From: Candidatus Latescibacterota bacterium
GTDB lineage: Bacteria > Latescibacterota > UBA2968 > UBA8231
Length of the DNA: 64,000 nt
Assembly: GCA_965206595.1 (NCBI GenBank)
Contig: OZ242214.1
Coordinates: forward strand, 1,376,001 to 1,440,000
Direction of reading: 5' to 3'
In this document: positions 20,614-31,268 of the stretch, piece by piece
How positions within the stretch are numbered: position 1 is the stretch's first letter
Layout of the letters: each line of letters opens with the position of its first letter
Program-made: the position numbers and the translations under genes
Notes under the pieces: generated by a model
Databases searched by the model: none
Told to the model about the DNA's origin: nothing
What the model saw: the letters and a program-made list of their open reading frames with translations, nothing else

Positions 20614-21729
20614 CTACCAGTCCACGACCGACCCGTCGTCCGGGTCGAAGTGAACTCGATAGGGACGCGGTTCGCCGACTTGATCCATCAGCTTGTCTTC
20701 GTCGATGGCGATGCCCCGTGGGCAGGGGTCGGTGGCCGTTGGCGACAGGCGGCAGAGGTTTTGCAAGCAGGTCCTCGTATTCGTTGCCTCCGCCCTCCTG
20801 GGTGAGAAAGTTGGGGATGGCAGCGGCGATCTGCAGACTCGCTGCGAGCGAACAGGGACCTTGGGGGTTGTGCGGGGCCAGCGGCGAGTAGTAGGCCTCG
20901 GCCATGCCGGCGATGATCTTCAATTCCGTGATGCCTCCGGCATAGCAGACATCCGGCTGCAGGATGTGGGCGGCGCGCTTTTCGAGGATTTCCTTGAATC
21001 CCCACTTGGTAAAGATGCGCTCGCCGGTGGCAATGGGGATGTGGGTCTTTTCGGCGAGCTCGGCCATGACATCGACGTTGAGGGCCTGCACGATTTCCTC
21101 GTAGAACCTAGGGATGATACGGTTCGAGCGCCTTGATGAGCAGCGAGGCGGTAGGAGGCTGTACTGCGCCGTGAAAGTCAACGGCGATATCGACGCCGGA
21201 GCCGTGTTGTTCGCGGAGCGCCTTGAAACGCTCGACGATCTCATCGACGAATTTCTGGCCCTCGATGTATTTGAAGGGGGAACGCGACGTGCCCGGACCC
21301 ACCTTCATGGCGTTGACGCCGGTCTTTTCGCTCACTTCGCCATATACCCGAATCCGATCGCGCGTTGGGCCGCCGAGCAGCTTGTACACGGGCACGTCAT
21401 AGCATTTTCCGGTGATGTCCCAAAGGGCCATGTCAATGCCGGAGGAGATGGCGGTTTTGATCGGGCCCCCGCGATAGAAGGCGCCGCGGTGGATGGCCTG
21501 CCAGTGATGGGTGACCGGGCGGGGATCCTTTCCTACCAAGATAATCGGCGACTTCGAGGGCGCCGGCGGCACATGCCTTGGCGTCGTTCTTGAGCATTTC
21601 GCCCCAACCGGCGATACCCGCGTCCGTCGAGATCTTGACGAAGACCCAGGAGTTTTTGAGAACGAACGCCTCGATCCTGGTGACCTTGATCGCATCGTTG
21701 GGCCCGATCGGGGCTTGAGCGCTCGACAT
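20614..21729 (-). pseudogene. Galactonate dehydratase (DgoD-like, enolase superfamily), multiply disrupted
   Basis: WVFVKISTDAGIAGWGE, FYRGGP, GIDMALWDI, VDFHG, ATGER, APHNP and DGSVVDW lie in different frames; breaks near 21540, 21110 and 20715. Confidence 0.82.
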
Positions 21730-21917
21730 GGCAACAATCCTCTGGTTTCTGGGTGATGCTCCGGCCGCCGGCGAATGCTTCTGCGGCAGCTTCGAGTTTC
21801 CTGGAGTACCGGCTCCTGCGGTACCGGAATGGAGCGGCTGGATTTTCCCCCTGGTGCCGAAGGCTACCTCGAGCTTCGGTCAGGTGCCGTTCCCCGGAGG
21901 AATTGGCGTCCGCGGGC

Positions 21918-23033
21918 TCAGCCGCGGTCCGGCCCCGAGGGCAGGGGCGGCAGCTCCCCCAGGCGCCCCCCGTAGAGCTTGTTCAGCAGGCCGGCGCGCA
22001 GGACCTCGGCGTCATCTTCCGGGAACCGGTCCGGGTGGCACCAGCGCGCGACGAGATCGACGGTGAAGATGTACTTCAGGGTCCAGAAGTCGCAGGAGAA
22101 CGGATCGGGAAGCTCGTGCACCCTCCCGTTGCGTACCGCCTTGACCGTGCGCCATCCTGACATCTCTCCCAGGTCCCCGGTGTCGAGCCGGTCGTTGCAC
22201 CACATGACGATCAGCTCCGGGTTCCAGACGAGGACGTTCTCGAGGTTGACCACCAGCGACTCGAGGTCGCTGCCGGCCGCCACGTTGGTCCCGCCGGCCA
22301 GCTCGATCAGCTCCTGCACGGTGCTGTTGCGGCCGGCGGTCCCCAGCGGCCCCTGGGCCCACATGAAGTAGACGCGCGGCAGGGCGGATGGCCCTTCTCC
22401 TTCGAGGGGGGCGACCCTGCGCCGCACCGCCTCCAGCTCCTCACGGGCGATGGCGAGGAGTTCGTCCGCCCGCTCCCGGGTGCCGGTCAGCTCGCCGAGG
22501 GCGGCGATCTCCCGGTGGATGTCCTCGAAGCGCTCGATGAAGACCCCGAAGACGGGGATCCCCTTCTCCTCGAGGGCGGCTATCGACTCCTCCTGGCCGG
22601 ACCAGACGATCACTAGGTCAGGCTGCAGCGCCACCATGCTCTCGATATTGACGAAGTCCCAGTTGCCCGGCGTCGCCAGGGTGCGCTCGCGCATGCGCTC
22701 GTCCATGGCAGCGTAGTACGGGAAGACGCTCCCTTGGTAGACGTTGGTCGAGATGCCGACGAGGCGGTCCTCGGCCCCGAGCATGTAGAGTCCGCTGAGG
22801 GCGCTTTCGAGCAGGCAGACGATGCGCTCCGCCGGCTTCTCAAGCTCGATGCGCTTGCCGCGGAAATCGGTGACCCTCACCCCTTCGGTGGCCGCCACCC
22901 CTTCCGCGGCCGCAGGATCGCCGGGGAGGAGGAGGGAAAGGGGAAGAAGAAGGAGGAGGTGAAAAAGCAGGGGCCCCGCGGCGGCCGCTCCCGGTAGGGG
23001 GGGCGCCGCGGGGCCGCAAGCTGCAACGGTCAT
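21918..23033 (-). CDS. ABC substrate-binding protein (iron-siderophore/cobalamin type)
   Basis: VTDFRGK..PAERIV, NIESMVALQPDLV, IELAGGTN, AVRNGRV. Confidence 0.88.
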   Translation of the reverse strand: MTVAACGPAAPPLPGAAAAGPLLFHLLLLLPLSLLLPGDPAAAEGVAATEGVRVTDFRGKRIELEKPAERIVCLLESALSGLYMLGAEDRLVGISTNVYQGSVFPYYAAMDERMRERTLATPGNWDFVNIESMVALQPDLVIVWSGQEESIAALEEKGIPVFGVFIERFEDIHREIAALGELTGTRERADELLAIAREELEAVRRRVAPLEGEGPSALPRVYFMWAQGPLGTAGRNSTVQELIELAGGTNVAAGSDLESLVVNLENVLVWNPELIVMWCNDRLDTGDLGEMSGWRTVKAVRNGRVHELPDPFSCDFWTLKYIFTVDLVARWCHPDRFPEDDAEVLRAGLLNKLYGGRLGELPPLPSGPDRG

Positions 23034-23058
23034 CGGCTAGTGCCTTCGCGTGCAGGCA

Positions 23059-25122
23059 CTAGAAGCTGACCATCAGACCGCCGTTGGTCGAGAAGCCGGG
23101 ATCCTGGAATCCCCAGGGCATCTCGAAGGTCTGGTTGGTGAGGTTGTAGGGCTCGAGGAAGAGGGTCAGATCGTACCCGTCCCGGGTGCTGACTCCGTAC
23201 TGGACCCGGGCGTTCACCAGGAAGTACCCGGGGAGGGGGTCGTCAGCGTCCGTGTTTGGATCATCCTTCCTGATGTCCGAGTAGATGCCGCTGTAGGATT
23301 GGGCCGTGACCGTCGCCCGCAGGCCCTGGGCAAGGGTCAGGTGGACGCCGAGGCCGATGACGCTCTCAGGAACGAAGTTGATCTTGGCGCCGATCAGATC
23401 CTCATTCTCGTGCTCTTTCACCTCGGCGTTGGTGTAGGTGTAGTTGGCGAACCACTCCACCATGTCGCTAAGGCGGTGGGTGACCTCCAGTTCGGCGCCG
23501 TTGGTCGCGGTGTTGCCGGCGTTGATGTCCTGCGACTGGGGCGCGCCTTCTACCTCCACCTGCACGATCTGGTCCTCGAGGGCGATGTTGAAGCCCCGCA
23601 GGCCGACCTGCAGACCCGCCATGGGCCGGTAGTTCACGCCCAGGTCGATGCTGGTGCCCGCCTCCGGCTTGATGTCCGGATTGGGCAGGTGGCCGCTGTC
23701 CGTGCTACCCAGGGGGACGGTGCCGCCCACCGACTTTTGGGAAGGGGCCTTGAAGCTGGTGCCGAAATTGGTGTACACGGCCAGCTCGTCGCTGTGGTTG
23801 TAGCGGGCCCCGGCGCTGTAGAGGAGCTTGTTCCAGGAGTTGCTCTCTTCTCCCGGAGGAGCGCCGCTCAACAGCTCGATGTCGTGGGCGATGCTCGTGA
23901 AGCGTGCCCCGGCCCGCAGGGTGAGGTTGTTCAGGCGGAACTCCTCCTGGGCGTAGAGGCCCAGGCCGGTGGCGGTGCCCTCGTTGTTGGTGTTCAGAAC
24001 GCCCGACTCCGAGGTGTTCTTGTAAGAGGCGAGCTGGTAGTCGGCGCCCACGGTGAGCACGTCTGACTCGCGGGTGATGACGGAGACGGAGAAATCGGCC
24101 GGCATCACCGACTGGTCGACGCCGTCCTCCGAGCGCAGGGCGAGGCTCTCGGGGATGACCACCCCAAGGGAATCGCGAGCGAAGTTGTCTTCCTCCCAGC
24201 GGCGCACGTAGTCGCGGTAGCCGACCTTTGCGCGGGCGGTGATCTTGTCGGAGACCGGGTGGATGTATCCGGCGTTCAGGGTGGTGTAGGTGTGGCCGAA
24301 GTCCCGGTTCGGGCGGCCGCCATCGCCGGTGTGCCAGGTGCGGTGGGCATAGAGGGAGACCCGCTGGCCGCTGTCGTTGAGGTAGTAGGTTCCCCGCATG
24401 TACATCTTGGTCTTCTCGTAGTTCGGGGAATCGTCCTCGAGCATGTTCAGCCAGGAGTTTCTATTGCCGTCCTCGTCGAAGGTGCCGTAATAGGTGTAGT
24501 CGGAGTCCTCGTGGTGCCCGCCGAAGAAGAGGTGCAGGTTGCCGGCTGCCCTCTGGTGGAAGAAACGGCCGCCGATCGTCTTGTAGGAACCGCCGTACAC
24601 CGAGGCGCTGGTGCGGGTGTTCCTGACCCTCTCCCGGAGGATGAAGTTGGCCGTGCCCGCCAGGGGCGACTGGTTGCCGGCGAAGTCCATGGCGAGGTAG
24701 GTCGGATAGAGCACCGAAGCCGAACCGCGCTGGTCCTCTACCCGTTCGAATGCCCAGGGGTCGAGGCTCTGCAGATCGACGAAGGCGTCGATCGGCAGGC
24801 CGTCGAGCATGTAGCCCTTGTAGGTGTGCGCGAGGCCGCCGGAGGACCCCCAGTTGGCGTCGTTGCGGGACAGCACGTTGGCGAAGTTGCCCGGGCTGTA
24901 GGAGAGGATTTCGGCGAGGTTGCCGTTGCCCTGGACCAGGGAGCCGATCTCGTCGGAGGTGATGATGGAGATCTTCTGGGTCACGTTGCCCGGCGTCTGC
25001 GGCAGCTTGGAGCCGGTGACGATGACCTCCTCCATTTCGGTGATATCTTCCTCATGGCTGTCGGCAAAGGCCAGGCCGGCGCCGAGGCAGAGGAACAGCG
25101 GGATGTGAAGAAGTCGCTTCAT
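23059..25122 (-). CDS. TonB-dependent receptor
   Basis: Signal peptide, EEVIVTGS TonB box, NPDIKPE, NLTN, C-terminal Phe. Confidence 0.9.
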   Translation of the reverse strand: MKRLLHIPLFLCLGAGLAFADSHEEDITEMEEVIVTGSKLPQTPGNVTQKISIITSDEIGSLVQGNGNLAEILSYSPGNFANVLSRNDANWGSSGGLAHTYKGYMLDGLPIDAFVDLQSLDPWAFERVEDQRGSASVLYPTYLAMDFAGNQSPLAGTANFILRERVRNTRTSASVYGGSYKTIGGRFFHQRAAGNLHLFFGGHHEDSDYTYYGTFDEDGNRNSWLNMLEDDSPNYEKTKMYMRGTYYLNDSGQRVSLYAHRTWHTGDGGRPNRDFGHTYTTLNAGYIHPVSDKITARAKVGYRDYVRRWEEDNFARDSLGVVIPESLALRSEDGVDQSVMPADFSVSVITRESDVLTVGADYQLASYKNTSESGVLNTNNEGTATGLGLYAQEEFRLNNLTLRAGARFTSIAHDIELLSGAPPGEESNSWNKLLYSAGARYNHSDELAVYTNFGTSFKAPSQKSVGGTVPLGSTDSGHLPNPDIKPEAGTSIDLGVNYRPMAGLQVGLRGFNIALEDQIVQVEVEGAPQSQDINAGNTATNGAELEVTHRLSDMVEWFANYTYTNAEVKEHENEDLIGAKINFVPESVIGLGVHLTLAQGLRATVTAQSYSGIYSDIRKDDPNTDADDPLPGYFLVNARVQYGVSTRDGYDLTLFLEPYNLTNQTFEMPWGFQDPGFSTNGGLMVSF

Positions 25123-25301
25123 TGAGTATGCCTCCCGTGTGTGAAGCGGTGCGAACTACGAACTACGCAGGGTGAGTATATTCCCGTGACCGGCCCGAAA
25201 GCCGGTGTCGAACAAATAATAACTAAAAGGGATTCCCACTTCATCCACAGGCCATTCACTGGCCGGATGAGGATGCGAATCGCAGCAGAAGGAAAGTGGA
25301 T

Positions 25302-26111
25302 ATGAGGTTGCTGGCCATTTTTGCTCACCCGGACGACGAGTCGTTCATCTGCGGCGGGACCTTGGCAAAGGCAGCGTCCGAAGGGCACGACGTCCACCTG
25401 GTCTGCGCCACCCGCGGGGAGGAGGGAGAGATCGTCCACCCCGGGATCGACCCGGACCGCTACCCCAAGGGGGAGGAACGGGGAAGGCTGCGGTCCGAGG
25501 AGCTGGAAAGCGCCGGCGCGATCATGGGAGTCGCCCCGCCGGTCTGGCTCGGCCACTGCGATTCAGGCTTCCCTGTCGAGGTCGGGCGCGGCAACCCGCG
25601 GGCGCTGATGAACCAGGAATCGGTTGCCCTGGAGCGGCAGCTTCTGCCGATCATCGCGGAACTGCGGCCGCAGGTGATGATCACCTTCGACCCCCACGGG
25701 CTTTACCCCCACGCCGACCACGTCGCCATTCACCGCGCCGCGGCCGCGGCGTTCTGGTCGGCCGGCAGCGTCGCGCAGCCGGCGCCGAGGCGCCTGTACT
25801 ATCCGGTCTATCCCCTGGAGTTGTTGCGCGAGACGCAGGAAAAGCATTCCGCTGCCCCGATGGCCGACGTCGAGGCGGACCTGTGCGGGGTGTCGGACGA
25901 CTCGATCGCGGCCGCAATCGACATTCGCGGCCATGAAGAGCAGAAACTGGCCGCGATCTGCGCCCATGCCTCGCAGTTCGGCACCGAGGAGCAGGCGCGC
26001 GCCCAGATCGAGCAAAGGCCTCAGATGATGGCAGTGGAGCATTACGCTCTCGGTGGCCTGAGGGGAAGCTTCCCGCCGATGCCGGTCGACTGCCTGTTTT
26101 CGGGCTTCTAA
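25302..26111 (+). CDS. PIG-L/LmbE family deacetylase (MshB-like)
   Basis: AHPDDES, TRGEEG, R..E, HADH. Confidence 0.9.
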   Translation: MRLLAIFAHPDDESFICGGTLAKAASEGHDVHLVCATRGEEGEIVHPGIDPDRYPKGEERGRLRSEELESAGAIMGVAPPVWLGHCDSGFPVEVGRGNPRALMNQESVALERQLLPIIAELRPQVMITFDPHGLYPHADHVAIHRAAAAAFWSAGSVAQPAPRRLYYPVYPLELLRETQEKHSAAPMADVEADLCGVSDDSIAAAIDIRGHEEQKLAAICAHASQFGTEEQARAQIEQRPQMMAVEHYALGGLRGSFPPMPVDCLFSGF

Positions 26112-26215
26112 GACTGAGGCGAGTCCCGAAACAACCGCTACCGGGCTGGGCAAGCCCCTGCATGGCGCCCGCTTCGCCGTTCCGTCCCGAGAAACCCGGG
26201 AAGCCCGGGACCCGA

Positions 26216-26678
26216 TCACTCGAAGTCGGACGAACTCTGGTTGAACTGCGTCGGCCAGCCGTTCCCGCATCGGCGTCGAAAACCGCGAGCCAGACGGTGA
26301 CGGTCTCCCGCGGTTCGAGGGGCCAGTACCTGGCATCCTGGTGCCAGGGAACCGTCGATTCGTCGTGGGGGAACTTGATGAAGAAGGCCCCTCCCCACTG
26401 GTAGAAGTCGGGGCCGAGAAGGTCCTCGACGTAGTCGAGAACGGCGGGGATGCGGCCCAGCTCATGGACCAGCGGTTCGCCTTGTGCCAGTTGTTGACGC
26501 GGTAGATGTCGACGCTGTCCGGCACGCTGTCGACGAGCTCCGTGAACTCCCGCTGCAGCGTCGCGACCCCCTCCTCGTCGAGCAGGCGCAGGTTCTTCAG
26601 GTAACCGGTCTCGTGGAACTGTTCGATCCGGGCCGGGGTCAGGCGCAGGCCCCTGGCCGCGGCGGCGATTTCAGACAT
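26216..26678 (-). pseudogene. PhyH-family dioxygenase remnant (frameshift plus internal deletion)
   Basis: IEQFHETGY; after a frameshift, VEDLLGPD...PWHQDARYWPLEP...VWLA..DAD; it then jumps to a short terminal segment (QFNQSSSDFE*). Confidence 0.72.
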
Positions 26679-26872
26679 GGGAGGTCTCCTCGTCGGGCTG
26701 GTGAAAGGGCCATGGCGAACCGACGCAAGGCCTAAGAGCGGACCCTGATTCTGCGTGCCTCGCGAACCTCACGGAGCCCCGCGCCGTCAACTCCAGGGAT
26801 TGCGGACGTCAATTTCCGTTCTCCTGGCGAATCGGACCGCTGACCGGCCGGTCCCTCCGGCAGCGGCTCCGC

Positions 26873-27805
26873 CTACAGAGGGCTGGTGGTCGCCGCGGCC
26901 CCTGCCCGCTCTTCGGCCCACGCCTTGAGCGGGACGTCGTCCCAGTTCGAAGTGATCCAGTACTGGGAGGAGGGGTGGAACTCCGGCGTCTCCCCGAGGG
27001 GAGGCGACCCGGTGGCCAGCGCTCCCAGCAGCTGGCGGCGTATCGGAGAGCTGCGCGCGATCAGCTCGGGGTCCTGCTCGATGTAGTCGGTGGGCCGCAG
27101 CCAGCGGTAGTGGTAGCCGACGTGCATGATCTGGCGCGTCCTCGCCGACAGGTTGGGGCCGACGCAGTGCCAGGTCGCGGTGCGCCAGAGCACCGCGGTG
27201 CCGGGGGGAATCCTCAGCTCGACCGCGTCGTCGGGATCGACCGCGGAACCGTTCCGCAGCTCCTGCGGCCGCCGCAGGTGGCTGCCGGGCACCACCCAAA
27301 GGTTGCCGGAGTTCGACTCGCCGAGGTCGGAGAAGGCATAGAAGATCTTGACCTCCATGAACGGCAGGCGCCCGTCGAGGGAGGGGGCCTCGAACAGGTA
27401 GCTGCCGGCGAGATCGGGGTGCCAGTTGACGTTGCGGTACCCGGCCCGATGATCCTCCCCGTCGCCAAGGCCGACCCCTCCGGTTCGCATCCGGCGGGGG
27501 TAGGGCGGCCGGTAGTCGAGGTGGGAGGTGCGGATCTGGATGTTCCAGCCGATGGCGTCGACGACCAGGGGAAGGGCCTTCGGGTGATCGATCAGGTCGA
27601 GGAAAGCGTCGTGCTGGGCGAGGGCGTTGCGGACGGCAAAAGGCTCTTCGGGACCGAGGCCGGTCGATTCCCGGAGACGGGCGGCCACCTCGTCGACCGC
27701 TTCGAGCAGGCGGCCGACTTCGTACGGCTCGAGGAAGTCGTCGAGGATGACGTACCCCTTCTCCTCGAAGTCCCGCTGCTGCTCTGCGGTCATGGCGATG
27801 GCCAT
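26873..27805 (-). CDS. PhyH-family dioxygenase
   Basis: FEEKGY, WHPD, GNLWVVPGSH, WHCVGPN, R. Confidence 0.9.
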   Translation of the reverse strand: MAIAMTAEQQRDFEEKGYVILDDFLEPYEVGRLLEAVDEVAARLRESTGLGPEEPFAVRNALAQHDAFLDLIDHPKALPLVVDAIGWNIQIRTSHLDYRPPYPRRMRTGGVGLGDGEDHRAGYRNVNWHPDLAGSYLFEAPSLDGRLPFMEVKIFYAFSDLGESNSGNLWVVPGSHLRRPQELRNGSAVDPDDAVELRIPPGTAVLWRTATWHCVGPNLSARTRQIMHVGYHYRWLRPTDYIEQDPELIARSSPIRRQLLGALATGSPPLGETPEFHPSSQYWITSNWDDVPLKAWAEERAGAAATTSPL

Positions 27806-27833
27806 CGTTCGGCTCTCGTCGCGCCTTGGGGGG

Positions 27834-28478
27834 TCAGTTCGACCCGGCCCAGCGCACCCCCTGGGTCATCAGCGCCTGCATGGCCGGACGCTGGAAGGTG
27901 CCGGCGGTGTGCCCGAGGGCGGTGTAGAAGACCCGCCCCGCCTTGTACGGCTTGACCCAGGCCATCGGATGCGGCTTGTCGCTCCACTCCGCCGTGGCGA
28001 GGATGCGGATGGCGGGATCCCAGGCCGACATGTAGATCTCGTCCTCGACCTCGAAGTCGGAGATGCCCCGGGTCACCGGGTGGGTGCCGTCCTCGATGTT
28101 CACGGTGAAAGTCAGGCCGGGAGGATGCCAGTTGGCGTGCCCGCCGAGGAGATCGACAGCGCGCGCCCCGACCCACCAGCCGGTGCCGTGGACTCCGACC
28201 AGGCCCTTGCCGCCGGCGACGAAATCGAACAGCCCGTCCTCCTGTTCCTGGGTGAGGTCGGGCTCCCGCAGCACGCCCCCGTCCGGCCCCTGGAAGGCGC
28301 GGGTGAACCCGGTTCCGAACACGCAGGCGTCGAACTCGCGCAGCGCCGCGGAAGCGAGGATGTCCTTGTCGCCGTCCAGTTGCGCTTCGAGGTCGCCGGC
28401 CGTATTAAGGAATCCGCAGATCACCTCGGCGCTCTGCCCGAAGCCGTGATTTTCGCCCGACAAAACCAGAACCTTCAT
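27834..28478 (-). CDS. ThuA-like (trehalose utilization domain) protein
   Basis: GGKGLVGVH, HPVTRG, DEIY, GRVFYTALGH. Confidence 0.88.
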   Translation of the reverse strand: MKVLVLSGENHGFGQSAEVICGFLNTAGDLEAQLDGDKDILASAALREFDACVFGTGFTRAFQGPDGGVLREPDLTQEQEDGLFDFVAGGKGLVGVHGTGWWVGARAVDLLGGHANWHPPGLTFTVNIEDGTHPVTRGISDFEVEDEIYMSAWDPAIRILATAEWSDKPHPMAWVKPYKAGRVFYTALGHTAGTFQRPAMQALMTQGVRWAGSN

Positions 28479-28593
28479 TCGCAGTCCCTCCGTTGTGGTG
28501 GAATAGCATCCCGATATGGTTGCTCAGCAGGCCAAGGCCTGCCGCAGCCCAGATGGACTTCAGCAACGGGCTGATAACCCGGGGAAGATAGAT

Positions 28594-29535
28594 ATGGAGC
28601 TCGTGAGATATCCAGACAGCCGCATCGAAGTGCTCGACGACCGCTTCGCCCGCTACAAGCTAGCCAACGCCGCCCTCGAGATGCTGTGGACCGGGGGACG
28701 CTGGCTCGAGGGGCCGGTCTGGTTCGGCGACGGTCGCTACCTGCTGTTCAGCGACATCCCCAACGACCGCATCCTCAAGTGGGAGGAGGAGACCGGGGAG
28801 GTGTCCGTTTTCCGCAAGCCCTCCAACAACAGCAACGGCAACACCCGGGACCGTCAGGGCCGCCTGGTCAGCTGCGAGCACCGCACCCGCCGGGTCACCC
28901 GCACCGGGCACGACGGCACGATCACCGTGCTCATGGACCGCTTCGAGGGGCGGCGGCTGAACGCACCGAACGATATCGTGGTCAAGTCGGATGGATCGAT
29001 CTGGTTCACCGACCCGGGGTACGGCATCCTGATGGATTACGAGGGAGGCCGGGCCCCCTTCGAGAACGCCGCCAACGTCTACCGCCTCGACCAGGAAACC
29101 GGAGAGGCGACGGTGGCTGCAGGGGACTTCCGCCGCCCGAACGGCATCTGCTTCAGCCCCGACGAGTCGCTGCTCTACATCGTCGACACCGGGCGCTCCG
29201 ACGGCCCCGAGCACCCGACCCACATCCGCGTCTTCGACGTCGAGGGGGAGCGCCTTGCCAACGGCCGCGTCTTCGCCGACATGGAGCCGGGCGCCTCGGA
29301 CGGCATCCGCACGGACCTGGACGGCAACCTGTGGTCGGGGGCCTGTTGGGGGGGAGAGGGGTACGACGGCGTCCACTGCTTCGCCCCCGACGGCGCCCTG
29401 ATCGGCAAGGTCCACCTGCCGGCTCCCTGCTCAAACCTCTGCTTCGGCGGCCGCAGGAAGAACCGGCTGTTCATGACCTGCTCGCAGTCGCTGTTCTCCG
29501 TCTACCTCGAGACGAACGGAGCGCAGACTCCGTAG
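28594..29535 (+). CDS. SMP-30/gluconolactonase family protein
   Basis: WLEGPVW, FSDIPN, NAPND, PNGICFSPD, DGIRTD. Confidence 0.92.
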   Translation: MELVRYPDSRIEVLDDRFARYKLANAALEMLWTGGRWLEGPVWFGDGRYLLFSDIPNDRILKWEEETGEVSVFRKPSNNSNGNTRDRQGRLVSCEHRTRRVTRTGHDGTITVLMDRFEGRRLNAPNDIVVKSDGSIWFTDPGYGILMDYEGGRAPFENAANVYRLDQETGEATVAAGDFRRPNGICFSPDESLLYIVDTGRSDGPEHPTHIRVFDVEGERLANGRVFADMEPGASDGIRTDLDGNLWSGACWGGEGYDGVHCFAPDGALIGKVHLPAPCSNLCFGGRRKNRLFMTCSQSLFSVYLETNGAQTP

Positions 29536-29594
29536 CTCTCCGCCCGGATCCGGGCTCCCCGGTCAACCTGGGACAGCCGCCGGGCGAGGAGGGC

Positions 29595-31028
29595 TCACTC
29601 GATCCAGAAGGAATACAGGCTCGCCCGGTGCAGGTAGAACTTCAGCTGCACCGGTTTTTCGAACACGAGGTCGTGCGGATTCTTCCAGGCGACCCTGGCG
29701 CGGGTCGAGTCGCCGGTGAACGGAGGCGGGCGCTCGGCCGGCACCCAGAAACCGGGGATCGGCCGCCCCGACTCGGCGTCGAGGATCTCGGTGTAGATCT
29801 CCCCCCAACGCGCGTCGGCGTTGATGTAGACCTCCTCCCCCTTGAGCTCGAACGGCCGCGTCGTGACGACGCCGTTGTCGCTGCCCTCGAGCGACACGAA
29901 GCCGTCGGGCCGCAGCCTGGCCAGCGACAGGGCCCCGCTGTCGGTGAAGTGGCGGGGATCGACCCCCATGCGATGCAGCTCGTCCAGCTTGTCGCGGCGC
30001 TCGTAGTTCTCCAGGGACGTACCCCACCTGAGGCCGTTGTAGTAGCACCAGATCTCGCCGTCGTCGCGGACGACCGGCTGTCCGGCCATCAGCAGCTGCC
30101 CGGTATCGTAGGTTTCCCCGTCGTATGGCTCGACCCCGAGGAAGACGGCGCGGTCGGCGACCCGCTCCCAGTGATGGAGGTCGCGGGAGACGCTGAGCTC
30201 CACCTGGTTGATGCGGTCGAAGTTGGTTGCCGGCGGAGGGTTGGCTCCGAAGGGGTTGAACAGCACCGGGAAGCCGACGTAGAGCCCCTGGTAGGGGAAG
30301 ACGGCCATGTTGTAGACCTCGGCGATGTAGTCCTCGCCGTCGACCCCGGCAGGGGTCACGTAGGCCGGATCCTCGACGATTTTGCGCACCCGCTGCCGGC
30401 AGTTCTCGTGGTCGATTTCGTCGGAGTGGAAGATCAGCTTCGGCTCGCTGAACTCCTGAAAGTCGGGGCCGCTCGTCGAAAGGAAGATCGAGCGCCCCCA
30501 TTCCGTTCCCTGCTTGACCATCGCCAGGTACTGGCCGCTGTAGGGGTCCCGGGTAAACTGCGACTCGTCGCTGCTGGGGATCGCCGGGGCGCCGGTCGGC
30601 GTCCACCGGAAGCCGTCGGGCGACAGCGCCGGCTGCCGGCCCCAGGCCGCAAGCAGACCCTTGTAGCGCCGCTGCGGATCGGGATCTGCGTCGTCCCGCA
30701 GGAGGTGGTAGGCCCGCTCGCTGCGGTCGCCGCCCGGGTCAGCGGCGAGGTTGTTCTGCCGCGACCCTTCCCACTCGAACAGGCCGAGGTCGGGCAAGTC
30801 CCAGTGCTCGCCGTCCGCGGAGGTCGCGTAGCGGAGGTGGTCGCCGAAGTACCACCACTCCCATACCTGTTTGCCGGGGTTCCACTGCGGCGAGTTGCGG
30901 CTCTGCACCCCGCCCGGTATCAGCGGGCCGCACTTCTTCGGCTGGTGCAGGCGCCGGGTTATGCGCTCGCTCGAATGGATGGCGCCGTCGTCGAGAAAGA
31001 GCTGGTGGAACCGCTTCGCCTGGAGCAT
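29595..31028 (-). CDS. Hypothetical protein, probable GH32/GH43-like beta-propeller
   Basis: QLFLDD N-terminus, YATSADGEHW, SRDLHHW, LRPDGFVSL, LYSFW C-terminus. Confidence 0.6.
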   Translation of the reverse strand: MLQAKRFHQLFLDDGAIHSSERITRRLHQPKKCGPLIPGGVQSRNSPQWNPGKQVWEWWYFGDHLRYATSADGEHWDLPDLGLFEWEGSRQNNLAADPGGDRSERAYHLLRDDADPDPQRRYKGLLAAWGRQPALSPDGFRWTPTGAPAIPSSDESQFTRDPYSGQYLAMVKQGTEWGRSIFLSTSGPDFQEFSEPKLIFHSDEIDHENCRQRVRKIVEDPAYVTPAGVDGEDYIAEVYNMAVFPYQGLYVGFPVLFNPFGANPPPATNFDRINQVELSVSRDLHHWERVADRAVFLGVEPYDGETYDTGQLLMAGQPVVRDDGEIWCYYNGLRWGTSLENYERRDKLDELHRMGVDPRHFTDSGALSLARLRPDGFVSLEGSDNGVVTTRPFELKGEEVYINADARWGEIYTEILDAESGRPIPGFWVPAERPPPFTGDSTRARVAWKNPHDLVFEKPVQLKFYLHRASLYSFWIE

Positions 31029-31268
31029 GGCATTCTCCTCAATGAAGGGGAGGCGGCCGTCTGGTTCACGCGGCCGCCTTGCAGGGAGCGCGGCAGGTTG
31101 TGCGCAGGTCGACGGGAGATCTTCTCAAGGCGATACCAAAGGCTGGTGTCACGGGAACGACCGGGTTCGGGAAGGGTCGAGGCCTCCCTTGACGATTCGC
31201 TTTCCGCAGCGGGAGATCGGGGCAGGAACGGAAGCCTCGAGCTCCGGGGCGGGAAATGGGCCTCCTCC

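Noticed and set aside
25123-25295. Possible cobalamin riboswitch upstream of the TonB receptor
   Set aside because: Only a GGGAA and a short hairpin (CCGGC-TTTCGG-GCCGG) are visible; no recognisable B12 box. An Infernal search would settle it
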